From Balanoglossus misakiensis (taxonomy: Eukaryota; Animalia; Hemichordata): a stretch of 64,000 bases of DNA. The notes beneath the pieces are model-generated. The model was not told the origin of the DNA. It saw nothing but the letters and a program-made list of their open reading frames with translations, and made no database searches. The stretch lies in contig CM082588.2 of the NCBI GenBank assembly GCA_040954595.2, forward strand, positions 7,403,947 to 7,467,946. The letters are read 5' to 3'. Of the stretch, positions 38,701-50,967 are shown piece by piece. Position 1 is the first letter of the stretch. Every line of letters starts with the position of its first letter. Made by a program: the position numbers and the translations under genes.

Positions 38701-41700
38701 AAGTGACTTGAAACAAATCTTGACTGTAATAACTGGTGAAGATGTGGACTCCACACGATATAAAAAACTTGCTGCTGAAGTGGGTATAACAGCTGAGACA
38801 TTTGATTTAATGTGTCCAGCAGTTCCGTCGTGGTGTGTTCGAACTCCAACAAAAGATGATCTTGATAACACAAGAGACATTTTGACAAAGAACTTAAAGT
38901 GTTCCTGTTTATTACCAAACATTAATCCCCCATACGGCTCTCAAGATGAGATTTACAGAGATTTCCTTCAGAGTAATGTCTGTATTATACCACCCGATGA
39001 GCCATTCAGCATGCAGGGATTGCGATCCATTGCTGCAGGACTACCTGTGTTAGTTCCGGAAAGAACTGCCTTAGCAGCATTTATGAAAACATACTTTGGA
39101 GAAGAAGCAAAGGACTTCCTGTATGACCCTGCAGTTTACAAGCATTTATCAAGACAGATTTGTAAGATGTTGAACACAAAAAGTGAAATACCCACAGCAA
39201 CACGTTTAAAGAATATATATCGCCACCACACAGAGATCTCTGACAGTCATGAAAAGTTCAGATCTTGCTTCAAGAAACTTCAAAGTAAGTGTCTTTACCA
39301 CAAACAATTTTTCAGCAATATCAAAACCAATGGTTAACCACACAGAGAAACAGGAGTGTACTAGTGGCACACAAACATTCAGAAAGAAATACTTTTGTTT
39401 ACTAAAATCATAAAGTTGATCTAGAAAAGAGTTGTAGCATTAAATTCTATGGTCAAAATATGCAGGTATTTTACAGGAGATATTTCATTCAAATGATTAT
39501 GGGAAAAATCAATCAAGACACTTTTGATTTTCATGAAAATCACAATTACTAGAACCGGTATATGCAGGAATATATAATTCCAGTTTGACTATGCCCACAT
39601 CACATGAGAAAAATGTATTTAAAAAGGCCTGGTTCTGAATCTGGAATGACTACTTTTCTGAATAAAGCTTTTCTCTTGCTGCTGTTTCAGATGATACGCC
39701 AACAAGTGAAACTCCCAAATCAAAACTGATACAACGGAAGAGGCCATTGATGCCAAGTAAGTACATGCACGGTTACTTCTAGTAACCGTGGTACATGTAA
39801 AAAAATTTCTTGTGTTGCAGTGTGCCATTTCATGATTTCAAGACGTAAAAGTATAACAAAGGATTGAGATTGCTATAAGCAAAGATTGCTTAGGATAATT
39901 TTCATTTTTTATATATATATATTGATACAATAAGCAGTATAATCTCTACAACATTGTTCTGAGAGTCACTGGACTCCCTCGTCACAAAACGTTATAGAAA
40001 TTATACTGCATATCATTTCTTTGGTTTTATCCTTCATTTGTTGCATTGTCATCTGTATTGATATTTTTTTTTAATTGCAATTTTCAATCGGAAGAAAATA
40101 TATTAATGTTATTAGAGAAAAATATTCATTTTTTAAAATAAATTATTCATTTGTAGCAAAATATTGATTAATTCGATTGTAGGATAGTCTGGCAGCAAAA
40201 ATAATGAACTGGAAATTATTTCTGTTGAAATTCATACTTTACTGTTTATTCAATCTGAAGCTCTTCTTGGTGAAGTGAATCTGGAGTTTGAAGAAAAGAA
40301 GATGAAAGTGGAGACAGAACACAGGAGAATGGAACTTGAAGCAGAACATAAAAGGATGGAGCTAGAAGTAGAAAAGATGAAGATAGAAATGAGGAAAGAA
40401 AGCAAAAGGATGGAACTTGAAGCAGAACATAAAAGGATGGAGCTAGAAGTAGAAAAGATGGAGATAGAAATGAGGAAAGAAAACAAAAGAATGGAGCATG
40501 AAACAGAGCACAAAAGGATGGAGCTTGCACTGAAAGAGCTAGAAATAGAAAAGATGAAGATGAAAGCAAAATTGAAAAGAGAGGCAGAACACGAACAAAT
40601 TGAGCTGAAAGAGAAAGAGAAAGAAATTGAGATTAAGTTCAATCAGAAGGAAAAGTTGCTGAAAGAAATAACAGAACTTTATGAATTTCAGAAAAAGAAA
40701 ATCATGGATACAGATGGCCCAGATCTAATGGAAGAGCTAGATAAAGCCTATGAGGCATATAAAGCCAGGCTTGATGACGTTGTGTTCAAATCTTTACGGT
40801 TCTTACTGAGTTTTCTTTCAGAGGAAGACATTGATTATTTCTGGCAGAAATACAATTCTGGAGAAGTTGAGGAAATGCTTAGTGGTATCCTAATAACATC
40901 CGAGATGAGATCCCTAGCAGAGAAGGCTGGATGTATTGTCAGAATCAGAATGAAGATAGACAAAGAGGAGTATGAGACTGTCAAACACATACTTCATGGT
41001 GAGTATCTAAGTATGCACAATATTATAATGAAATTCATACCTTTCAATATACATGTACTAAAATATTTCCATTTCATAAGCAGACTTATACTAGATTAAC
41101 TAGGATTTCATTTTTTTCTTGCAATATTTTCTAATGTTCTGATATAGTTGTGTCAGTGATATTTTGATTTGAAAAAGTTGTGTTGCTGGATGATACTTTG
41201 AGAAGACCGGCCAAACAACATTCTGTAAACCAGAATGTTTTGGGGACACGAAATGTTCAAGATATCAAAAGAGGCGCTTGATTAATTTTTGTGTTCTCGT
41301 AATGTCGTATTTCACTAACTGCATCGTTATCTCCGAAAACATTCTATTTTAAGCTTATTTGTCACATTTGTAGCACTTAGAGTCTTGGCCACAAATGATG
41401 CACAAATTGTAGAATGTGTAGCAAAATCATGAAACAGCAGCCATTTAAATGCATGTGTGTTATTTGTCTGATTGCTAGAGTGTGAATAGAACTGAGTGGG
41501 TGACGTTACATTTCGTGATGTAAAAACACACATTGTTCTTTCACAAATATTTTTTCGCAACTTCTTATTTTCGCACTTTTTTGCGTTCTCGCGAAGTTCG
41601 CGAAAATTTATCTTTCATGAAAACTTTCCCAGTTTACAGTCTGTATTTAAGTGTGTATTTTGTGTATTAATTGGTATGTACCGGTAGTATAAATACATTA

Positions 41701-44700
41701 AGAAAGAAATACATATTTTTTGTTTTATCAGATATGTCTGCTGTCTACACCATCCCTGAGAAGACCTGGGTGAGGACGATTACATATGATAAATGGGAGA
41801 GATATGTACTAGATCATGTCGAAGAGAACAGCCAAGCTAAGTTTTTGATACAGCAGTCCAGATTTCATCCAATTGTTGGTGAATTGAGGTCTGAAAAATT
41901 TTTTTTTCCTTCTCTTGTATCCTACTGGTACGAGAATTGTTACACTTTACCATCAACTTTGACAGAGGCAACTGAATATGCAATTAGACACCATGTAGTG
42001 AAGTACTGTGAAGAAAATCAACTTAAGATAGAGAATGTTTGGGATGTGGTGCAGGTCAGACTTTATGAAATTGGGGAACAAGAATTTCTTAAATGTCAAA
42101 AAGGCACACTACTGCAAAAAGGCACAAAACTGCATTGTGCATTTGATACCTGTCATGAAGAGAAGTACTTCTTTAATTTGGTAAGAGAGAGCGGAGAAAG
42201 TTCACACACACACAGCTATCATTTCCTAAGTCAATATATATATTTTTATGCAGTCGCATTATATGTCAGAAAAACCAAAAACATATTTCTGAGACAAAAT
42301 ACAATTGAACATTTGGTGCAGTTCATGCCAGTTTCTCTACATTATGTGGCTGGTCTTTTTCATGAGGATGCAACATTTTTCTTCATAATACTCACAAATT
42401 TTGTTATGAAGAAACAGCCAGTGACTTATAAATATTTTGAGCTACTTGGGGCTTGTCTTCTTGAAGCAAAATGTTCAGATAAATTTACACACATTTTTCA
42501 GCATTTGTTAAAACCCCAGACATTGGAACTGTCAGAACATGATTTAAATAGAGTCTCTCTGAAAAGTTTGCAAGCTGTATCATTTATTATAGAAAAGTCT
42601 TCTGTTCTACAGAATATCAATTTGATAAGTCATACAGAAAGTGCAAACCTTTCAGAGGCATTCCAGAAACACCTGAGTGTCATTATTGAAAATCCATCAT
42701 CAGCTGTCAAATTTCAAGTTAGAAACCCAACTGATTTGACTGTGGTCACTAGATATATCACATTCCATCAACTGCTTATGGCTCACTCACATAAATCTGT
42801 CATAGGTCACAGTCAGATCAGTGTGATGGATGTAACTATTGAAACAGTTGATGAAAACTTTAAGGAAGACGATCATGAAATAAGACGAGCGCTTGTCAAA
42901 GCACTGGGATCACTGCCTCTGCTGAAATCACTCCATTTCACTGGATTTAATGAAGTATTTATCACAAAAGTTTTAGAAATGATGGTATATGAAAATGTGT
43001 CATTGAAAGTAAGGAAGTTGGAGTTGCCACATAATGATTTAGAATACACCTTTATTGACATACTGTTGAGAAGTGTCAACTGTTTTCCATTTCTGAAGGA
43101 TATAGATGTCTCAAACAACAAGTTAGGTTCCATTGGATGTGTAGCTTTGTTACCATTGGCTGGTGAAATCAATGTTCTGTTGGAGAATAATGGTGTGGAA
43201 GAAAGTCTTGAAAGGTTGTTAGAGTGTGAGCAGATTGCTAACAAGGTTGGAGATTTCAAATCACATGTGATACATTTCAAAACTGTTGTGGACATTTTCA
43301 ATTTGCAGAAACAAGGAAACTTTGTAGAACAAATGTGTGTGTCAAGTTTATCTTCTGACATTACCAGTTTGCTATGTTTCAATTTGGTTTTCTTCAAGAA
43401 CTTAAAAGATCTAGTTATTACTGAGTCTGGTTTCACTACTGATAGTGCTAAATTGGTTGCTGACAGTTTTGAGCATCTGTTGTCTTTGAGGCGTTTAGAT
43501 GTCAGTTCAAATAACATGGGAGATAATGCCATTGAGTACATATGTAGTAAGCTGCATATATTGAAACATCTCTCTGATGTTAATTTTAGTAACAATAGTA
43601 TCAGTTTGAGAGGAATAGATTCTTTATTGAACATTGTGGAACATAATCAACGACAAATTGTAAATGTTGCTGGCAATGACATCAGACACCTCAAGTACAT
43701 CCTACAATATGTTCCTGTGATTTGGTGGCCATTGTACCATAATATCTACCATAATATCAATTTTGATGATGACAGCCTTACTTTAGATAAGGTGGTACAT
43801 GTATTTACCATGGATATTGAGACGGTATTTGAAATTATATCAATCAGGAAGCAGTGGAATAAGACTGATTTTGAAAACTTCTGTAAAGGATTAAGTATTC
43901 TTTCATGTGTGAACATTCTGAACCTTAGTAGTGGTCATTTTGGAGATGCTGGTGCAGAGAGTTTGAGTAAAGGGATGAAAAATATGACTGGGCTGTGTTA
44001 CTTGTATCTTGGTCATAATAACATTGGAGATGCCGGTGTTGAGAGTTTGAGTAAAGGGATGAAGAACATGATTTGGCTGCAACAACTGGATCTTAGTCAT
44101 AATAACATTGGGGATGTTGGTGCAGCTAGTTTATTTAAAGGGAAGGAGAATATGACTAAGCTGAGACACCTTGATCTTAGTCATAATAACATTGGAGATG
44201 TTGGTGCAGTGAGTTTAAGTAAAGTGATGGAGGAAATGACTGAGCTGTGGCATTTGGATCTTAGTCATAATAACATTGGCGATGTTGGTATGGAGAGTTT
44301 AAGTGAAGTTATGGAGAATATAACTGAGCTGAGACACCTTGATCTTAGTCATAATAACATTGGAGATGTTGGTGCAGAGAGTTTAAGTAAAGTGATGGAG
44401 AAAATGACTGAGCTGTGGCATTTGGATCTTAGTCATAATAACTTTGGCGATGTTGGTATGGAGAGTTTAAGTGAAGTTATGGAGAATATAACTGAGCTGA
44501 GACACCTTAATTTTAGTCATAATAACATTGGAGATGTTGGTGCAGAGGGGTTAAGTAAAATGATGAAGAAAATGACTGAGCTGGAAGACTTGGATCTCAG
44601 TCATAATAACATTGGGGATGTTGGTGCAGAGAGTTTAAGAACAGTTATGGAGAATAAGACTTGGCTGCAACACCTGGATCTTAGTCATAATAACATTGGT

Positions 44701-45633
44701 GATGTTGGTGCAGAGAGTTTAAGTAAAGGGATGGAGAGTATGACTGAACTGGGACACCTGGATCTTAGTCATAGTAAAATTGGATATGTTGGTGCAGAGA
44801 GTTTAAGAACAGTTATGGAAAATATGACTGAACTGGGACACCTGGATCTTAGTCATAGTAAAATTGGATATGTTGGTGCAGAGAGTTTAAGTAAAGGGAT
44901 GGAGAATATGACTGGACTGTGGCATGTCGATCTTAGTCATAATAACATTGGGGATGTTGGTGCAGAGAGTTTAAGTAAAGTTATGGCGAATATGACTGAA
45001 CTGAGACACCTGAATCTTAGTCATAGTAAAATTGGATATGTTGGTGCAGAGAGTTTAAGTAAAGGGATGGAGAATATGACTGGACTGTGGCATGTCGATC
45101 TTAGTCATAATAACATTGGGGATGTTGGTGCAGAGAGTTTAAGTAAAGTTATGGCGAATATGACTGAACTGAGACACCTGAATCTTAGTCATAGTCAAAT
45201 TGGAGATGATGGTGTAGAGAGTTTAAGTAAAAATGTGAAGAATATGACTTTGCTGGAATACCTGTATCTTAGTCATAATAGCATTGGAAATCTTGGTGCA
45301 GAGAGTTTAAGCAGAGGGTTATGGAAACTGAGCCAATTAGAATATCTTGACTTGCATCATAATACCATTACAGACAGTGGTGCGATGTACTTAAAGTCTG
45401 TTGTAGAATCTTTAAAACGATCACCTTATATTGCTTTAAGTCATAATGATATTCATGATTTGCCAGATCATTTGGATGAAAAGAATATTGCTGAATCAGA
45501 TTCCCATACAGCAGTTTATGCTACGGGCATATTACAAAGATTTGGTGAACGACATGCCAGTACAGGTCATTTGTCAGTATTCAGTGACTATGGGAGTATT
45601 CAGTCGAGTGAACTTAGCAGTGTAAAGTGCTAG
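35754..45633 (+). CDS. Atypical NLR-like immune receptor (~2214 aa): DED - GT4-like - coiled coil - TRADD-N-like - partial NACHT-associated helical domains - LRR
   Basis: Exons 35754-35856, 36417-36845, 37303-37509, 38085-39284, 39691-39756, 40261-40998, 41732-45633 join in one open frame (6645 nt), all introns GT-AG phase 1. DED: PFKVYLNDLAKEIT...LFEKLREHGHLSRDKPETLVELL. GT4: IIPPDEPFSMQGLRSIAAGLPVLV. TRADD-N-like: SLRFLL...FWQKYNSGEVEEML. WH-like: YHFLSQYIYFYAVALYV. RI-type LRRs. Confidence 0.8.
40320..40560 (+). repeat. Coding 81-nt (27-aa) tandem repeat forming an E/K/M coiled coil
   Basis: RMELEAEHKRMELEVEKM(K/E)IEMRKE(S/N)K twice, plus a diverged third unit. Confidence 0.8.
43909..45420 (+). 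repeat. Coding array of 18 x 84-nt RI-type leucine-rich repeats
   Basis: Consensus LxHLDLSHNNIGDVGAESLSKVMENMTE, with high DNA identity between units and no introns. Confidence 0.95.
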
Positions 45634-46766
45634 TTGTCAGAGTTCATGTACCGGTAGTTCTGGTGGTGAAGAGTGATAATTTATAGGTGAATTATCCTTG
45701 GTAGAAGTGGAAGGCCAGTATGCAGTTTGATAACAGATATATGCCATAGAATTTATGGTTTTAACATTCGATGATTATTTCCACACACAGAATGCTACAT
45801 CATACTGGGGTGGAGGGGTGATCCTTTTCTTTTTTGTGTGTGATATATGGCTTGGTCTGATTCCCAGTCAGTGACTCACATATGCGTGCAAGGGATTTAG
45901 ACTGGTAATGAGTGGCTCTGTTATTCTGAGTTCTGTCTCCCTTTGCTTTGCAAGTGGTGGTGTACACCGGTAGAGTCCAACTTGGTACTTTTAGATGATA
46001 TAATATTGTACCTTGCAATTGTTTCTTACTCAACATAGCCCAACATGATTGCACATACTTAGTGCGATCATATTATAACGTTCCTTGTGTCAACTTGTTT
46101 GACTATTAACTGTTGTTGTTGTTAAATTGACACACTTGCAATTTAGTCACATTTACATGATTCACAATTGTATTCACTATATGCTTTGTTCAGACTGTTC
46201 CAGGTGACCCTGCAAACTGATACATGTTTATCTTTTGCAGTTTTATGAAATGTGTTATCCTGATTTGACCACATAAAAAAGCACATTCTTGGCCTTCCAA
46301 CAGGTGGTCGAGTGTTCATTTACAGAAAAAGATGCACTGGCAATCTTAAGTATCAGCCTGTACTCTAGCCATATCAACATGATCAATCATTCAGTATCGT
46401 TACAATACTATAGTTACACACTACATGTGCTTTGCTTCATGCATTCATCACTCACCCTACTTACTTCCTGGATTATGTGCCAAGTCCCGCACAAAAACAA
46501 ACAAACGTAAATCTCACAACCCTTGCGATTCTATTATTTGATTTGCTGATTCCTACTCTCCATGGGACGACACTACCCCGATTGTAATCTCTCTTTATAT
46601 CTTTTCATATAGACTAGTTGGGCTCTAATTGAAATTCAACAGGCTCATCAACAGAACAAAGATGGCCAATATTGACAAAGATGGCATATGTTGCCAATTA
46701 TGCCTCTACACTTGACAGATAATGTTATTCCATATTGTTATGAATATTGCATCATAGTTCAAAGTA

Positions 46767-46975
46767 CTGTAAAACACGTTATTTTCGCGAGCAATAAATT
46801 TTCGCGAAATACGCGAGAGCCAAAATAGCGTGAAAATAAAAAGTCGCGTAAATTTATTTTGAAGATAACGATGCAGTGAATGAAATAAGAGAACGCGAAA
46901 ATTAATACTCGCGAAACAGTGGCCTCTCTCGATATCGCGAACATTTTGACTCGCGAAAATAAAGTGTTTTACTAG
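46767..46975. mobile_element. TA-flanked MITE rich in TTCGCGAA motifs
   Basis: ta-ctgtaaaacacgttattttcgcgag ... ctcgcgaaaataaagtgttttac(t)ag-ta. Older copies at ~31219-31435 and ~41223-41640. Confidence 0.8.
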
Positions 46976-48574
46976 TATATTACCCTGAGTTCAAGAGCCC
47001 TTTTTTGATTATTAGATTTAAAATAGTTCATTTCATTTCATCGATCTCAGCAAACACTGTACACTGAAATACCCCACTGTGACTTTCACTCCAAACTGAT
47101 ATTGCAAAACTTTGTTTAGAATGACCAAAATCAGACCACAAAACAAAACCTGACATTACCAATCAATGGGAACTGTGTCATCCACAATGAATTGATTTTA
47201 TTCCTTATTTTAAGAGAGAATAATGTAAAGTTGTCTTGAGTAAAATGTAAATAAGGTTTAAAACTTTTATTTTTGAGATCTGTTTTTGTGCACTATAAAT
47301 GTGTATCCATGCATTGTGTGAAAAATGTAACATAACTTTGTTCATATTTCTATTTTTGTAGAATGAGAATAAACTGACTATTTCACTGGACAAAAATAAT
47401 TTGTGGGTGTTTTTCTTACATTCATAATAAAGTTTACCGGAACACTTAGGCTCTTAATGATTCATCTTGTAAAAATGTTAATTTTGATGATCCCATGAAC
47501 AATTTCAACAGGATCACCTTCCCAAGACCCTCTTTCTGGAGTGTCCAACGGAAGAAGCAGAGGGGTCTGGGTAACCGAGACTAACCAGGGAGAGTGTCAT
47601 AGAAAACAAAATATTTTTAAATAACAACTCTTGAGGGCTCTCTTCACTACAAAATGAAATTCAGCAGTCCAAAATATTGAATAATTTTCTTGCTGAATTA
47701 TTTGGTTTTTATTCGACCAATACAGTACAGTAGGATTGCATCTTTCAAGGTCAAAGCAAGGTTATCTGAACAGAAAAAAACTGTAATCAGCAGTAAAGAA
47801 AATTACTAATTAGAAAGTGACCATTTCCGGGGATCAATAATATGCAACTCAAACAAAAGTTCAAAAACTCAGCTTCCAGAATATATATGTTTTGTGGGGG
47901 TTTTAACGTGGGCTCGAGGAAAGCCAAAATTCATGGGCTCGGAAGCCTCGCCCATGAATTTTTGGCTTTCCCTTCGCCCTTGCCCATAAACAAACGTTAA
48001 TGGTCAGGGCGTCGTCCATTATTTCTATAATATATCTCCGTCATTGTTAAAAGAAAAGACATCTTCTGGGGTACTTGTGAGTCATCTTGGGTAACATAGG
48101 ATAATGATCAACGATGCAATTTCGGAGACACCCGATTCTTTAAATTTTCGTGATCTTGAAGAAGATTATTGGGCTAAACTCAATTACCCTGAAACGAGAA
48201 AAAAAAATACTGCAAGATATCATATGCATCATTGGTTGAGCAACATTCTTAGATACCAAATGATTATCCGTAAACCCTATCAGTCGGTTAGCAATTTAAA
48301 ACTGGTTCGACCAAATTTAGCATAATTATAATTATGTTACCTTTTTGCTAGCTTCTGTGAGACTTAGTTATTAGGTTATGACTGTAGCAATGGGTGCTAG
48401 CCAGATATATGTAAATATATGTCGAGGAAGCGGGAGATAGGCTACACCAGGTCGAACATACATGTATGAACATATAAGCTAAGACGTTACAACTAGTTAC
48501 ATGTAAAATGACACCATTTTAGTCAGACATAGTTGTGGTGTTATAGGACTCAGTCTTTCCCAGTGCTTACCACA

Positions 48575-48623
48575 GGGTATAGAAGAATGAATCGTGTTGT
48601 TGTTGCTGTGTTGTTGTTGTTGT

Positions 48624-48702
<79 letters not shown>

Positions 48703-48830
48703 AAAAAAAATTGTTTAAATCAATGTGTCATTTCTTGCTATTGTTTGTTGATGTTGTAGATAACTGTAAAGAACACCATATCGACAAACAATAGCAAGAA
48801 ATGAAACATTGATTTAAAAAAAAATCATCC

Positions 48831-48896
<66 letters not shown>

Positions 48897-48934
48897 ACAA
48901 CAACAACAACAACACGATTCATTCCTCTATTCCC
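48575..48934. repeat. Long inverted repeat containing (GTT)n(GAT)n / (ATC)n(AAC)n microsatellites
   Basis: Left arm gaatgaatcgtgttg..(gat)n..tttaaatcaatgtgtcatttcttgctattgtttgttgat; right arm atcgacaaacaatagcaagaaatgaaacattgatttaaa..(cat)n..caacacgattcattc. Confidence 0.9.
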
Positions 48935-50289
48935 AGTGCTAACCTGTTTTCTCAGGTGGTTATAGGTCTTATTGGCCTTGACTTTGACTTCCCATGTTTT
49001 GCATGGTTGCTTTACACTTACCATTGTGACCATTTGCTGGTTCACTACTACGGGAGCACTCGGTGCGGGCGCACTTTGAAAACAAAACGTATATAGTATA
49101 AATATCACTTTTAAAATGACAATGAAAGGTATGGTGTTCAGATGTTTTAAATACTTAGCATGTGTAAAAAATATTATGTGGCTTAGGTGTTTAGACCGGA
49201 TGAGAAATCATGATATTCGCAGCCACGAAGTTTAAAGGTGAAATAACCGTTAAATACCATCATGAAATACTGAATTTCTATTCTAATAACATGAATTACT
49301 TACTCATTGCTTGTCTGATCTACAATAAATAATATGAAAACAAATCATTTTTTTACAATTCTCATCCAATTACTGTCTTTTAACAAATATTAGAAATGTG
49401 GAAAAATTATGGTTTCCTGATATGCTAATGTACGTATTCACAATATATTATCAAATACATGTTGATAAAAAATACAGTTTCTTGATAATGCAATCTGATG
49501 TAAGGGAATAGAAAACAGGATATGTAAGTATGCTCATTACTTTGTGGATTTTATATTCGACAGTTCGGAAGAATTGCTTACATCGTTTATACCAACACCA
49601 TATTATTATTGCGAATGTCCCCACACAGACGATGAATGCAATAATATATGGGTAATCAGCAAAGCGGCTTACATCTCGTACTGTCGGAGAGAAAAGGCAA
49701 TTAATAGTGCACAGTCACCTCCAATTTACATATGTCCATAAATGGCAAAAAATGGCGTATCTGAGCGTTCTAAAGAACATATGGTGGCGCTCTTTTTTTC
49801 GCGTGTGCCACCCACTGAAAATCTGTGATTGGCTAGATCTCAATTTGCCATGGTAAACTGTAGCTAAATTTCCATAGGTGACGGTAAACCTTTAAAATGA
49901 CGAGATGCATTAGAGTTTGGTTGCATACTACCCCGCCTACACCACATGGTTATCACGGGATTAATCTTTATGTCAACATTAGCAACAGATTATCTTGCAG
50001 TGTACACAGCACATTGGCACTGCTGGAACTCCTTTCAGAATCATTTTACAACAAACTGTATCCTAGACTTGCTCCAAGTCTATGGGCTTCATTATGTGTA
50101 GGGGACGCTACCCGAAACCACAAGCTCAGTCGCAAATTCGAAACTCACCTCACTACCAAAAGCACGCCCAAGGCAAGCATGCATGCACGCAAAAAAAGTA
50201 TTGCAATTATTTATTAAGACAAAAAACCACTGAAAACACAAAAAGTATTGAGATTTAAAATTCGCCAAGCGACTAGTGAAGTCACGAAA

Positions 50290-50468
50290 TTGTCATTATG
50301 ACAAAATGACAATTTCCCGACTTCGCGAATTGTGGTGATTTTGTCATTGTTGGACATTTTGCATGGGTTATAACTCAAGGAAATTGTCAAAAAAATGACA
50401 ATTTCCAGACTTTGTGAATTTTGGTGACTTTGTCATTTTTGGACATCAAGTTTCATGGGTTATAGCTG
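50290..50468. repeat. Two diverged monomers related to the 88-bp satellite
   Basis: caatttcccgacttcgcgaatt...gtcatt...catgggttataactca...; catgggttatagct. Confidence 0.7.
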
Positions 50469-50579
50469 ATTGGACATTTTCTTTCTAAAACTGCGCGCTC
50501 GTGCCCCAACAAATTGAATTGTCACCCCTTAATGATCAAAATTCCAAAACGTAAGGTCATTCCGGGGTCAAAAACGTAC

Positions 50580-50967
50580 CTGATACGAATAATTGGCCAT
50601 GTGGTGGAGATGGTCTCAAATCTGATTTTGTCCAGCAATCATAGTATGCCTCCAAGTCCTTTGTAGCAGACAGGATTGTCAAAGTCCAACTGGTGTTGTC
50701 CGGCATGTCACTATTTTCTACAAGAAACTTGCCAATGCCCCAATCGTTTACCATGCGAATTTCTCCACTACTGGAAACGTAGGCAATGTGCTTCCAACAG
50801 AGACCATAACTGTTGTTTCTACAAGATCCCCAGACGACGTCTTCTGGTTCGGTCAGCCCATTCCCATCGACATACCAAACCACGCTGCAGTTGAACACCA
50901 CTTCACTATACTCTTCGACGTGGACAGTGTTTTCCGGCCCGGCAATGATTGCTGTGGAAATGACGCC
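50580..50967 (-). CDS. V-type immunoglobulin domain exon of a membrane protein gene (full model unresolved, possibly pseudogene)
   Basis: EVVFNCSV...VVW...WTLTILSATKDLEAYYDC gives the B-strand Cys, C-strand Trp and YxC. Bounded by cag acceptor and gtacg donor. Candidate leader exon ~52638-52701 and TM-like exon ~50149-50230. Confidence 0.7.

Noticed and set aside
42873-43634. 253-aa antisense ORF, and similar antisense ORFs at 40246-40642 and 16146-16541
   Set aside because: Shadows of real coding exons on the opposite strand, with no independent motifs.
46767-46975. Origin of the 88-bp satellite from the TTCGCGAA-rich MITE
   Set aside because: Only the 8-bp palindrome and A/T tracts are shared, with no extended colinear similarity visible.
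48533-49108. Poly-Met and poly-Asp ORFs
   Set aside because: Translations of (GAT)n/(ATC)n microsatellites.
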